63,945 nt of DNA, taken from contig NW_005434554.1 in assembly GCF_000315625.1 (NCBI RefSeq), forward strand, positions 61,297 to 125,241, given 5' to 3'. The translations under genes and the position numbers were made by a program. Positions within the stretch are counted from its first letter, which is position 1. Every line of letters begins with the position of its first letter. This stretch comes from Guillardia theta CCMP2712 (lineage: Eukaryota; Protista; Cryptophyta). Below the pieces are notes generated by a model. The model saw only the letters and a list, made by a program, of their open reading frames with translations, searched no databases and was not told the origin of the DNA. This document shows positions 28,764-41,895 of this stretch, piece after piece.

Positions 28764-29610
28764 TGTCCTCGTCCTCGTCCTCGTCCTCGTCCCCTCCCCT
28801 CCCCGATCTTCTATTTTGCTTACAGACAAGGGAGTCCATGACCGACTGGTCCCTCGTCTGCTCCGGCTGCTTCCGCTCTCCGTGGATAGCTGAAAGTTCA
28901 CTGGATCCGCTATCAGTCAGGAGGAGGAGGAGGAGGCGGAGGAGGTAGGAGTTGACGAAGGCGAGGCAGTTGACGAAGGTGAGAGAGGACAAGCGAGATT
29001 AGAAGAGGAGGGCAGTGTGGGAAGAGGGCGAGAGGATAAGGGAGGATACGGGAGGATAAGAGAGGTCAGGAGCAGCAGGAGGTCGATAAGAGGACCAGAA
29101 GATTGTCCAGCTGCTCACCGGCAGAGGAGCTCACAGTCTTCTGGAGTAGGTCGATCCCAGCCAGGGAAGACAGGGGAGGTTTGTGAAGATGATTTGATAT
29201 CCTCCTTCGCTCCTCTATCCCCTTCTTCCTTCTTCACCCCTACATCCCCTTCCTCCTTCTTAACCTTGACCTTCTTCATGCCCTTGATATCTGCCTCTTT
29301 CTTGACCTCTACTCCCCCAGAGTCCTCTTGTTTCCGTTTCCTCCTCCCACTAACTACCTTCTCCTCCGTCTCCTGCACCTCTCCCATCCTCTGAGAAGCA
29401 AAATCATCTTGCGCCTCTGTCTTGATCTGAACATTCATATGATCAACAACTTGCTCCTCAACTTTGACGTCTAGGTCGCCTTCCGCCCGTTCCTCCTCCC
29501 GTCCCCGTCCCCGTCCTCGTCCCCGTGCTTTCCCTCCCCCTCTTTGACGGGATTCTTCATGCTCTCCTCCTTCTCTGGATTCAGACGTATCATCCTCCGC
29601 TCCCCTGCCC

Positions 29611-29659
<49 letters not shown>

Positions 29660-29815
29660 TCCCGCTTCCTCGTCCTCTCCGCTTCCGTCTTCGTCGGGGA
29701 GACTGCGGGAGCGGAAGGGACATATCCAGTCTGCCTCAGAATCATCGTTAGAACAAAAGAAAAGACAGCAATTCTCGAATTGAATTGAGTTGAAACTGCT
29801 GTCCTTCCCTTGCAC
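26745..29815 (-). CDS. HhH-GPD (endonuclease III-like) DNA glycosylase, multi-exon, contains a gap; start approximate
   Basis: FPGWDRPTPEDC, SVMDSLV, TILSQNTTSKNSTASFASLK, GGLAKIKAERI, SFPGCGPKTA and VLLFHLKRPDFAVDTHVFR. Confidence 0.85.
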
Positions 29816-29835
29816 GCTCTTTCGACCCCCCGAGC

Positions 29836-30586
29836 ATGTTGTCGAGAACTATGCCGCTCGCAGCCGCTCGCCTCCTCCCCCTCCTCCTCCCCCTCCTCCT
29901 CCCCCTCCTCCTCCTCCTCCATCTCCGTTCGCTTCCACTTCATCGAGGAGCCCCATCCCGGCAACCCTGGCGGGAGGGGGTCAGGCAAATTCAGTTGCAA
30001 TGGGATTCGGTCACCCAAGGCAACTTCACGGATCAGACGCGTCCTCCCATGCCCGAGGACCCTGCTCGCCTCGTCGCCATGGCCTCGCAGTTTCTCAACC
30101 TCCACTTCCCCAACATTTCCTCCCTCCTCCCGTCCATCAACTCCTCCTCCTTCGTCCCCCTCAACGCCTCCGGCCCCAGGATCGGTCTCAACCTCGCTCC
30201 TGCCATACCGCCAGGGATCGGCATGACCCTGCATCAGTCATCGCACAACTGTCGGTAGGCAGCACCATGTAGTGAGGAGGGACGAGGGGCTGACACTGTT
30301 CAGGGTGCTGGACGAGCCGCATTTACCAGACAGCGTGTGGGTATGCCAGTACGAGAACCAGGGTCAGAGCATGTTACAGGTAGCAGAAGAGGAGAGGGAG
30401 AGGAGAGGGAGAGGGAGAGGGGGAGGGGAAAGGGGAAGGGGAGGGGGAGGGGGAGGGGGAGGGGGAGGGGGAGGGGGAGGAGGGGAGAGGGGAGAGGGGG
30501 GGAGGGAGAGGGCGAGAGACCTGATCCATTGTTCCTAATGCAGTTCGTCGCAATTCATCGCTTCAACCAGGTTACTCCTCTGCTTC

Positions 30587-30621
<35 letters not shown>

Positions 30622-31402
30622 CTTGTCCTCCTGCTCCTGCTCCCCCTGTTGCTTCCTCCTCCTCTGCCTGTTCTTTCTCACCTTCTACCTCTTTCCTTCC
30701 TCCTCTACTTCTCTCCTTCCCATTGATCCGATTCGACGTCAGAGAATCGCTTTCGACGTCCCGGGCACGTTGGATGACGCGCGTGCTGCGGTATCGCCGA
30801 GTCTCCTGCGAATTCACGATACTCTCTTCACAGGTTCAATGCTTCCTGCTGACATCTCCTGCGTACTCTTCCTTCTCCTCTCCTCTCCTCTCCTCTCCTC
30901 TCCTCTCCTCTCCTCGTCTCGCTCCCGTTTCCCTCCCTCTCTTCCACTTTTGATCCTCAAGAAACCTTCAGGTCTTGTTCGCAAGGCGAAGTCCGAGGCT
31001 GTTGACTCGCTCCCCGTCCTCCACTGGCCGGAAGCTCCGAGACCAAACGAGTCCTCCCCTCTCGTCAACCAATCTGCTCCTCCCCTACTCAACCAGTCTG
31101 ACCCGCAATGTGCCATCTGCTGCGAGCAGCAGGAGGATGGACAGGTTTCACATGTCCCTCCTCCTTCGTTGCCCCCTCCCTCATCGTTCCTCCTCCCCCG
31201 TTCCTCGTTGTATCTCTCTCCTCTCGCTCTCCTCGCTCCCATACACTTCGCTTTCCGCCTCTGACGTCGTCGCAGCTTGTTGCTTGGCTACCCTGCGGTC
31301 ATAACTTTCACGACGAGTGCCTCAAGCCATGGCTGGAGAGAGCAAGCACCTGTCCCTCCTGCAGGTAGTTCCTTCCATCTCCATCTCCATCTCCATCTCC
31401 AT

Positions 31403-31443
<41 letters not shown>

Positions 31444-32179
31444 CTACCACCTCCTGATCCGCTCCTCTTCCTCTGCCACGTGCTGCAGCTCCTCCTCCTG
31501 ATGTGCAGGATCCTTCTGCTCATCCACATATTTGTGCTCCTCCTCTTCTACTCTTCTCCTCCCTGCCCCCCTCCGTCTCTCCTTTTCCTCGACCACCACC
31601 TCCGTCTCCTCGTCCTCCAACTAGCCTACCTGGCTGGTTCATCCTCCCAGGGTCACCGTCCTCGCAGGTTCACCCTCCCAGCTGAGCTCCACCCGCTGGA
31701 GAGTGAGCAGGCGGATGAGGGTCTACCACCAGAGGGCGACATATTTCAGAATGACCTCCTGGGCTCGATGATGGGCATGGACGGCACGAGACCGCACGTG
31801 CACTTTCATAGTGAGATCGCGTGGATAGAGGTAGATCACCTCCTCCTCTCTCGCCCTCGTTCCTCCCGTCTTCCTCTCTCGTTCCTCTCCTTTCTCTCTC
31901 TTCTCTCTTCCTCTCCTCTCCTCTTCCTCTCCTCTCCTCTCCCCTCCTCCGTCTCTGTTCTCTCTCTCTACCCTGTGTTCTTTTCCCTCTCGCTCTCTTC
32001 TCCTCTATTTTCTCATCTCCTTCCGTCCGCCCCTCTGCCATTCTTCTCGTCTGTTTCTGCCGTTGACACTTGGGGCAGGGGCAGGCAGCGTGGCGTTGCT
32101 CTTCTCCGGGATGTGTTGCATCGTCTGAAAATGTGATGGCATGCATGCCATCATCATCACCACCATCGTCATTGTCATT

Positions 32180-32221
<42 letters not shown>

Positions 32222-33859
32222 ATCATCATCATCGTCATCATCATCATTATCGTCATCGTCATCATCATCGTCATCATCATCATCATTATCGTCATTGTCT
32301 TTGTCATCTTCATCGTCATCGTGATCGTCGTCATAATCACCACTACCATCACTGGCCGCTTTCTCTTCTCTGCTCATCTCCTACTCATCTCTACTTCTGC
32401 AGGCTCCCTGTTGCGAACAGCACGGGCGTCACTTTTTTTGCAGTATAACCGGTCTGACTTCCGCCCCCTCCTCTTACCTCCTCTTTAATCCTTGCTCCTC
32501 CTCTTACCTCCTCCTTACCTCTTCCTTACTACCTCCTTACCTCCTCGTTACCTCCTCCTTACCTCCTTGCTCTTCACCTCACCTTCCACTTTATTCATCC
32601 TCAGCCTCTAACGACCTTCTACAGGGTGTAATCACACGCTCTGCAACGCGTGCTTCAGCATCTTCAGGTCACCTCCCCCCCCCCCTTCTCCCAACCTCAC
32701 TTCTCCTGTTCCTCCTCTTCATCGCCTTCCCCCTCCTCGTCCTCGTCCTCCTCCTCTTCTGTCTCTCCTGAAGCTGTTCGTCTCCTCCTCTTCTCATCTC
32801 CTCACGCTCCTCATGTTCTTTCTCCAGGCGGACCTGCACTCAAGTTAGCATCAGTCGTAGCATCGAGGAATCGATCGTGAGGACCCAAGAAAGTCCAGCT
32901 ACCTCCAACGTGGCGAATGGAACCCAAGAAGTTGGGGAGGCAGAAGCAGCGCAAGGTAGTGGTGTGGTTGGGATGATGACGATGACGATGGTGACGATGA
33001 TGATGACGACGACAACGATGATGATGATGATGATGATGATGAGGAGGAGGAGGAGAGGAGGAGGAGGAGGAGGAGGTTGAGAATTGACTGGCTTCTCTAG
33101 CAGGTCAGCCTGAGGCGATGCAACTGGATGGAATTCAGGGGACGCAACAACAGCAGGAAGAGAGACAGAGGGAGGGGCAGGAAGAGTTCAGGCAGCAGGA
33201 GGAGGCGGGCGAGAGGCAAGCGGAGCACCAAGGGGAGGAAGAGCATCAGCCGCCGCCGCCGCCGCAGCAGCAGCAGCAACAACAACAGCCTGAGCAGCCG
33301 CAGCCTGAGCAGCAGCAGCAGCTGGAGCAGCAGCAGCAGCCTGAGCAGCAGCAGCAGCAGCCTGAGCAGCAGCAGCAGCAGCAGCTGGAGCAGCAGCAGC
33401 CGCAGCTGGAGCAGCCGCAGCAGCAGCTGGAGCAGCAGCAGCAGCAGCAGCCTGAGCAGCAGCCGCAGCCTGAGCAGCAGCAGCAGCAGCAGCAACCAAT
33501 ATTGCGGGAGGAGGTGACATTCTTTCAGGGGGGGCAGGAGCTACTTCAACAGCTTGCCCTGGGTCAGCTCCAGCCGCAGCAGGTGATGATAACGGGGATG
33601 ACGAATACCCAGCCTCTCCCGCTTTTGGAGCCTCTTCATCGTGATTTGTTCATCCATCAACAAGTCCCTACTTCTCTCCCTCCTTCTCTTCCTCTTCCTC
33701 TTCCTCTTCCTCTTCCTCTTCCTCTTCCTCCCTCTCAGCAGCCCGGACAGCTTCATGTGCATCAAGTGGTATATCAGCAGCACCTACACCCGCATCCGCA
33801 CCCGCACCACCACCATCATCACCAGCATCAGTGTCAGCATCATCAGCATCAGCATCATG

Positions 33860-33902
<43 letters not shown>

Positions 33903-35307
33903 TGTGGTGGAGCAGGAGCAGCAGCAGCAGGTGGAGCATCATCAGCATCATCAGCATCATCATCATCATCAGCATCAGCAGCAGCAGCAGGCAGCTCCAA
34001 GGGTCGCTGGCGTTCCTCGTTCTCTGGGTGACTCGCTGGGGGTTCAGTGCGAGGATGAGACGAGGACGGGTAGGGAGGTAGGAGGAAGTCAAGGCAGCGG
34101 GGAGCAGGATCAGCAGGAACTAGCGGCAGCCTCGACCGTATCGACTGATCAGACAGATCGACCGCAAGCAGTGGAGGCAGGGATGAAGAACGTGTCTGCC
34201 GAGCAGGAGGCGGCGGGCAATGAGAACATTCCTCTTCCTCTTCCTCCTCTTCCTCTCAGATCCCCGAGAGATCTCCGAGCTCGGCGAGTCCTCTTGCGAG
34301 CAATCAACGATTATCTTGCACAGCTCGCTGACGAGGACGAGGACCCAGCGATCCGGATCGCCAGTTACGCGCTGAAGCAGCGCAAGGAGGAGGGAGAGGA
34401 GGATGATGCTGAGCCCATCCCCCTAGAAGCTATGCTAGAGCTGTCGAGGAGCGCGCAGGAGCGGGGGGAGGCACTGAAGGAGGACGGCAACGAGGAGCTG
34501 AGAAGAGGACGTCTGAGAGAGGCGAAGGACCTCTACCTGCGTGCCCTTGCCGCATGCCCATCGGGGCCAACGGCGAGAAGCTACCTCGTCAACTTGGCGA
34601 TCGTCTGCTCCAGGCTCGGGGAGTGGGAGGATGCGCTGCGGCACGTCGAGCGAGCGTTGGAAGCACACGAGGGCTACGTGAAGGCAGAGGTCCTGCGATG
34701 TCGCGTGCTCATGAACCTCTGGAGGGTGGAGGAGGCGGCAAGGGCGAGCCAGCGCTTCTTGGATCGCCTGAGCGGGACGGGCAGGGAGGAGGAAGGGACC
34801 TCCATGCGGGAGCTGCAGCGCAAGATCCGCTTCCACCAGGTCCTGAACTCTCGCGGGTTCACCGTGGACTTGAGCAAGAGCCCAGCAGTGCTGCGGGGCT
34901 TTGACAGCATGAGCGCGTGCGTGGTGATGTTCAACGCGGCGTACGGGAGCGCATGGAAGTTCTTCATGGGAGGAAAGAGCAGCCTGACCTTCAACTTCAC
35001 CCTCTCCTTCCTCCCCCCCCGCGGCCTCTGGCTCCACGTGCGGCACCTTGCGGCGGCAGGAGGGGAAGAAGGGATAGAGGAGCCCAAAGCGATGCTGGAC
35101 GTGAGGGTCAACGAGCGGTACGTCAAGCACCTGCACACCCTGAAGCCTAGCCATCACTTCGAGGAGGAGAGCTGGAAGATCCCCAGCTCGATGCTCAAGA
35201 GAGGCGCAAACAGTCTCTTCATGCGGTACCTCGACGGGTCCACCCATCACTACTGGATCAACCACCTCCTCCTCTCGCCGTCCTCCCTCCCTCCTCGCCC
35301 CACCTGA
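29836..35307 (+). CDS. Multi-exon RING-H2 / Cys-rich / polyQ-H / TPR protein (putative E3 ligase); large terminal exon ~33103-35307
   Basis: CAICCEQ..|LPCGHNFHDECLKPWLERASTCPSCR, then a second Cys cluster GCNHTLCNAC. An exon ending AEAAQG splices in frame into ORF 33118. TPR LKEDGNEELRRGRLREAKDLYLRAL..YLVNLAIVCSRLGEWEDAL. Confidence 0.7.
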
Positions 35308-35308
35308 G

Positions 35309-36037
35309 CTACTTGCCCCCTTTCTCGAGATCCTGCAGCTGCTGCAAGAGGTCCTGCTGGAACGAGCGCTTGTACCCGCTGCTAACAGTGTGGAGCTGGG
35401 ACAAGGTCAGCGCGGGAGGAGCACGAGGAGAGCACGAGGAGGTACCAGTGCGTGCAGGGACTCGAAGTGCTTGCCAAGGAAGTGGTCGTCTCCGCTGGTA
35501 CGCTGGAGGAGGAAGCCGTCTTCAGAAACCTGCGCTGCTCCTCAGGAACTGAGCCCGGACAAGGAAGGAAGATAGAAGCGCGGAATCAAGGACAAGAACG
35601 AGGAGGAGGAGGAGGAGGAGGAGCAGCAGCAGCAGCAGGGGAAGGAGACCGATATGTCGAGCTCCTGCCCCTCCAACGTGATGACGCGGAGGACATGCTC
35701 GTCCTTATCGCTCCTCGCCGCCTCCTTCACCCTCGCGCTCCTCGCGCGCTGAAGCTCGCGGAGACTCTCGCTGATCTCCCTGCTAGAACCTCAACACACC
35801 CTTATCACAGTCAAGTAAAACATACCATGAAATGAAATCTCCTCCGCCTCCTTCTCCTCCTTCTCCTCCTTCTGCCTCATCGCTTACTACCGCATGGCTC
35901 ACACTCCCTCGCAAAGCAACCCCTGCTGCCTCCTGTCCTCCGCCTCGCATGCCTGACCACCTCGTCGTGGAGAGAGGCAGGCGACTGGCATGTGCAGACC
36001 ACGCGGCCATGGCGATGAGGAAAAGAAGAAAACGCAT
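35309..36037 (-). CDS. Small hypothetical protein with a signal peptide + transit-like leader
   Basis: Begins MRFLLFLIAMAAWSAHA-SRLPLSTTRWSGMRGGG. The last exon reads TLSQLHTVSSGYKRSFQQDLLQQLQDLEKGGK*. Confidence 0.5.
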
Positions 36038-36393
36038 CTGTAGCGGAGGAGGAGGGGAGGGGAGAGAGAGGAAGAGGAGAGGACGGTGCGAGCTCAGGAG
36101 ATGAGAGATGATGAGAGGGGAGGACAGGACAGGGGAGGGAAAGAGGGTGAGCGGAGGGTTGGGGAGCGAATGGCGTGATAGGAAGTGAGCGGGAGGGGAG
36201 AGGAGGGGAGGGAGGGGAGGCACAAGAAGAGGAGGGAGGTGGTAGGAGATCAGACGACAGGAACGGGTTCGTAGGAGCAGCAGCAGCAGCAGCAGCAGCA
36301 GCCGTTGAGGCAGGAGGGTGGGGGAGGTGGGGGGAAAGGGGGATAATAATAGTGGAGGAGAGGATTGTCGGGGAGGGAAAGAGGGCGGAAGTA

Positions 36394-36839
36394 TGAAGCG
36401 AGGACATGAGGGAGCCGACGATGAGGAGAGGACGAGGATGGGAGGGAGGAGAGAGGGAGGAGGAGCAGGAGGAGCAGGAGGAGCAGGAGGAGCAGGAGGA
36501 GCAGGAGGAGGAGAAGGAGGAATGCGCAAGTTCGGCCTGGAGGATGGAGACGGTGTGCTAGAATTCGAGCTGGTGCGAGGAGAGACATGCGCGACGAGGA
36601 GGCAGGCGAGGTATCCTCTGAAGCTGATGAGCGTGGGATCTACGGAGAGGAGCAGAGCGGCTCAGGAGAAGGGAGGAGGGCGAACGTGCGCCTGGGTCTT
36701 CATGCTCGGCCATGGCGGGGGGATCGTGAGCGGAGACAGGATGAGGATGAGGGTGGATGCGCGGGAGGAGAGCACAGCGATCATCACAACTCAAGCATCC
36801 TCCAAAATCTTCCAGAGCATCCACGGCAAAGTATCGAGG

Positions 36840-36871
<32 letters not shown>

Positions 36872-37263
36872 AGCTGCTGCTGCTGCTGCTATTCCCCTCC
36901 CTTCCTCCCCTCCTCCTCTCCCCCACTCCCATCCACACCATCGTCTGCTCCTCGTCGTTGCTTCGTCCTCACTTGCGGCCAGACAGGGGATGGTGGCGAA
37001 GGTTGAACATGGTGCTCTCCTGGCCATCATCGTCGATCCTGTGGTTCCTTATGCTCGCTCTCGCTACATCCAACGGCAGGTAGCGCAGGAGGAGCAGGAG
37101 GAGCAGGACTGAAGTTTGCAAGTAGAAGTTCTTCATCGCGGGAAAGCGAGAAGGAAAGAAAGCAGGATCCCTCCTCCTCATCGACTGGTTCACTTCGGGG
37201 TGATCTCCTTTTTCTCCCTCCCTCCTTCCCGCGTCACCCTCCCCCTCCCCCTCCCCTTTCCTC

Positions 37264-37304
<41 letters not shown>

Positions 37305-37453
37305 TTCTCTCACCCTCCTTCCCTACCCTTGTATAATTTTCTTCTATGTTCTGCTCCTTCTGGCCTTCTGGCTTCTCCTAACGAAGGAGAGCAGGCGACA
37401 TGCTTGTGGAGAAGTCTGGGAAGCAGACTACCTCGAGACCCACAACGATGTCA

Positions 37454-37492
<39 letters not shown>

Positions 37493-37769
37493 ACTGCAAC
37501 TACCACCACCGCTCGTGCTCCCGCTCGTGCTCGTGCTCGTGCTCCTGCTCGTGCTCCTGCTCCTGCTCCTGCTCCTGCTGCCCTGACTCGTCCTAGGTCT
37601 TCGTGGACGGGCAGCTTCTGGTGCATGACGCCATAGTGCTTGACAAGTAGCGATCGAGCGAGAGGGAGGGATGAAGCATGACGGAAAGGAACAGGGAGGA
37701 TAAGAGCGGCCTGACTGTCATGGAGAGGATGCTTCCTTTCAACTGCTATGCCAACGTGAGCTATTCCAT

Positions 37770-37811
<42 letters not shown>

Positions 37812-38463
37812 TCTGCTCCTCTTCCTCCTCCATCCTTCTGTCTCCCCGCTGCTTCCAGATCATCTCATGTCATTTCAGGTCATTTTGCTGGGTCCTCGCC
37901 TCGCAAGCATCTCTTCCCGTATCCTCAGCGTAAGAGATGCGGAGGAGGAGGGGAAGGGGTTGGAGGAAGAGGAGAGGGCGGAAGAGAGGGCAGAGGAGGA
38001 GGAGCAGGAGGAGGAGGAGGAGGGTAACGAGGCTGCAGGACGTCTCCGAGCGGGAGCAGGAGGTCTTGGAACGCACGGGGAAGGTTTGCACATCCGTGCT
38101 GCGGCAGAGGATAAAGATGAGTTGCCAGGGGCAGCGGGAGGAGGAGCGAGACGGTTGGGACGGCCTCGCATGCTCGTGCGTCTGTTGTGCTGGAGGAGGA
38201 AGAGGGGTGAACATGTCACAGGGCTAGCAAGCTGGGAGAGGACGGAGTCTTCCTTCGGGTCTCTTGCCGACCTCAGCTAGTTTCCCAGCTGACGGGCAGG
38301 CGGGCAGGTGGCAGGAAGAGGCTACATGGACGTCGAGGGGTTTCTCCGACACGAGGTGAGAACCTTGAAACCCTACAGCTGGACCCTGACGGGCTTGTAG
38401 CTGGACGGGCTGGTGGAGGAGTGCGGGGAGGAGCTCTGGAAGCGGAAGTATTCATACCACTAG
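36394..38463 (+). CDS. ureD: Urease accessory protein UreD, multi-exon
   Basis: YPLKLM, FMLGHGGGIVSGD, ITTQASSKIF, DPVVPYARSRYIQRQ, LLLIDWFTSG, LVHDAIVL, FNCYANVILLGPRL. Ends ELWKRKYSYH*. Confidence 0.88.
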
Positions 38464-41400
38464 GAGGAGGAGGAAGAGGGGGAGGAGGAGTTGAGAAGCT
38501 GCTTCGTAAGCTCCTGCTCAATCATCAGTCTCGATTCCTCCATAAACACACCCAGCAGACCCTCAGCTCCCGGGACGCAAACATGTCGAGTACGCCCGCA
38601 GGGCTCAGCCTGCCTGCCTGTCAGCTGAAGGCAGAGGGTGTGGGGAAGAACGACCAGCAAGAGAAGGCCCGAGGGAACACGCTTTCCGACTCCACCAGCA
38701 AACCCCCAGCAGCGAGGAGACCAAGGGCCTCGAGCTGAGAAACTGTCAGAGGGTCGGGTGGCGGCGAAGCCAGCAAGCACCTGCTGGGGTTGCAAGGAGA
38801 CTGTCTCTCCCGCCAGCAGCTGGTCCAGCTGCAGCCTATCCAGCTGGACCACTCGTTGACGGACGTGAGGAAGTATCTACTGTGCATCAGAATCGTCTTC
38901 CTCCTTCCCCTTCACTATCCAGCCCGCATCGCATCTTCATCCTCTGCTTGCCCTGCTCTCTCTCCCCCCCCCCCCCATGCCCCCACTTACTCTTGTCATC
39001 GACTCTTGTACGATCCGATCCACACATGCAGCTCCTGCTTCCCACTTGGTCCTCGAGTATCGCTCAAACGCACACGCCCCAGCCTGAGAGCAGCTGAGAA
39101 GGAGGGGGGAGGAAGAGGAGGCAGGACGCAGAGCAGGAGCAGGAGCAGGACCTGAATGACTCGCAGACCAGGAGAAGTTTCAAGAACCTGGGCGACTCTT
39201 GGAGAGACTAGGAAGATCCTTCGAGCATCTGTTGGGACCTCAGGAAATTCTGCTGCTCCCCCTTCCTCCCTCCTCCTCACCTTCTCGCTTGTTGGTCAAC
39301 AGCTGATCATTGAAGGACGTGAAATCGATCCCATAGAAGTCTGAGATCTGATCAATCGTCAGACACAGGGCGCATCCTCCCCCTCTTTTCCCTCCTGCCT
39401 CCTGCCTCCTGCCTCCTGCCTCCTGCCTCCTGCCTCCTGCCTCCTGCCTCCTGCCCAACAACAACCCTCCTGCTTCCACTTCCGTCCTCTCCTTCCACAA
39501 CCTTGTTGACTCTTGCGCTGCTCTTGCTCAGCACAAAGGGACTGAAGTCCTCCTGCTCCTGGAAGAGCGTCTGGCGCTTCTCCCTCCTCATCAACACGGA
39601 CGCTGCCGAAGGAGTTCTCTTCTAGTCCAGCAGTCACCGGCTGTTTCGAAGACAACCCCCCACCTTCTCTTCCTTGATGTCCTCCTCCTTCTTCAGGATC
39701 GCAACGAAAAAGCCTCCTGTAGCCGCTGTGAGCACATCTTTTTTTGCCTCCTCCCTGTTTCTTCCTTTCCCTTCTCCTCCCCTTCCTCCTTCCTCCTCCT
39801 CCTCCTCCTCCTCCTCCTCCTCCTCCTCCTCCTCCTCCTCTTGTACCTGTGTCCTGAGCATGCGGAAGGATCCGTGCACAGCGATCAAGATGCATCCAGG
39901 CTGACTCTCTGCAAGTAGACTTGGCGATAGTAGAGGAACAGCGAGGGTTCCTACTCTGAAGTGGGAGGTTGCAAGGAGGAGGTAGACGAGTGGTTTCCCA
40001 GCACGACCCACGTCTGCAGCCCCTGCAGCAGCTTCACTTCCTTTCCCGACTCCTCCTTCCCAACCTTGCAGCACTTCAGACCCGCCAGCTGAGACCTCAG
40101 CTGGGAGTCCTCGGACCCGTCATGCACGTCCACCAGCGAGAGACTCCCGTTGCTCTCCCGCAGGAGGGCAGCGACTACCGCCTCATCCTGCAGCAGGAGG
40201 GAGGACGGGCGTCAGCGAGCTCGAGGATGAGGAGAAGAAGCATCAACACCTCGAGGGGATTCATGGAGCAGGTGGAGTAAGATAGGAGCCCTCCGGGCTT
40301 GAGCAGCTGCGCGAGAGTCATCGGACGAGTCAACCGATCGCCTGCTTCACCTGCGACCCCCTCCTCGCGATCTGCAACTGCAGGCCGTGCATGGAGGCAG
40401 AGGTCCGCACACTCCAAGTTTGCCAGATCTTGGGAGCCTGAGAGAAGGGTAACAGGAGGGTAACAGGAGGGGGTGAGGATGGAGAGGAGGGGGNNNNNNN
40501 NNNNNNNNNNNNNNNNNNNNNNNNNNNNNNNNNNNNNNNNNNNNNNNNNNNNNNNNNNNNNNNNNNNNNNNNNNNNNNNNNNNNNNNNNNNNNGAGCAGG
40601 GGGAGGGGAGGGGGAGGGGAGGGTAAGAGCAGGGGGAGGGGAGGGTGAGAAGGGCATCAAGAAGTGTCCTTCCTCTCTTTCTGACCTTACGCATCGTCCC
40701 GTCTCCGGAGCAAGGGACGTCACAAAGGATCCGGTCGAACTTGAGCTGCCGCAGCGAACGGTTGCCTCCCTCCTCCCCTGCGATAAAGAGAGGAGGAAAA
40801 CGTCGCGCGTCATGGTTGGTCACGATGCAGCTCCTCGCTCCGCAAGCTCGCAGCTGGTGGATCATGGTCGAGCATCGCTTTGCGTTCACGTCGTTGGCGA
40901 CTACAATCCCTTCTCCCTTCTCCCTCCCTCGTCAGCCTCCCTCACACCCACCAGCCTCCTCCACCTCTCCTATCGCATGTAGGATCTGTCGCGTCTTCGA
41001 GCCCGGCGACGCGCACAAGTCCAGCACCTGAGGGGCGAGTGAGGAGGAAGGTTGCGGCAAATTTGCTTGCATCATCGGCAGGTCTGATGGCCAGCAACGG
41101 TACGGGGATCATGCTGACGGCCTCCTGCCAGCGAGCTCATCAAAGGGAGTTTAACCTCCTCCTCCACCTGGTACTCTATCAACCCCAGCGAGGCCAACAC
41201 GTCCAGCTGCAGCTTGAGCTTGGAGGCTTCGGAACTCTCCGACGACACCCGCACACTCGCGGGGAGCTGCCATGCACTTCCTCCTGGCCCCTGGTACCAG
41301 TCGATAAAGCGTAGAGAGGGCACTTCCTCTCCTCCTCCCCCCTGCGAGCGATTGCTGCAGGAATGGTCGAGCTCCCTGGCAAGTTGCTCGATCTGCCGCT

Positions 41401-41713
41401 GCACGAAGGAATGGGAGGACGGCCGACTGGGAGGGGAGTCAGGGAGGACACTTGCAACTTGTCATCCCCACCTGATCCTGAAGGTAACAGGAAGAAGAGT
41501 CTTCAAGCATGCGATGAAGTCCTTGAACTCTCCCTCGGGCACTATTCCCTGCTTGTAGAAGCTCTCAAACTCGTGATTCTCCATTATCCTCCCCCTCCTG
41601 TCCTTGGCCTGACACCCCCTTGCTGTCATTGCCGGCTCAGGGCACGAGGCCTCCAGGCGGAACATCCCGAGGCTGAGGAGGAGGAGGAGGAGCGAGTTGA
41701 ACCTCCACGCCAT
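38460..41713 (-). CDS. NSUN2: NSUN2/Trm4-type RNA cytosine-C5 methyltransferase, multi-exon, with an N-terminal signal-like leader
   Basis: FESFYKQGIVPEGEF..LPVTFR, EAVSMIP, DLCASPGSKTRQI, ANDVNAKRCSTMIHQ, FDRILCDVPCSGDGTMRK, YSTCSMNPLE and RILPHAQDTGGFFVA. Confidence 0.88.
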
Positions 41714-41895
41714 GGCTGAGCTGCGAGCGCAACAACTCTGAGTGCGACTAGCCCGCCTAGGGCATTGCGTCTATTCGACCACAAACAAGATGGAGGGGTG
41801 GGGGGTACTGAAGTACCTATCCTTTATATGTAAATCAGAGGGGTATCTTATAAATAAAAGGGTAAAGGGGGGGGTGGACGATCACATGCAGGGGA

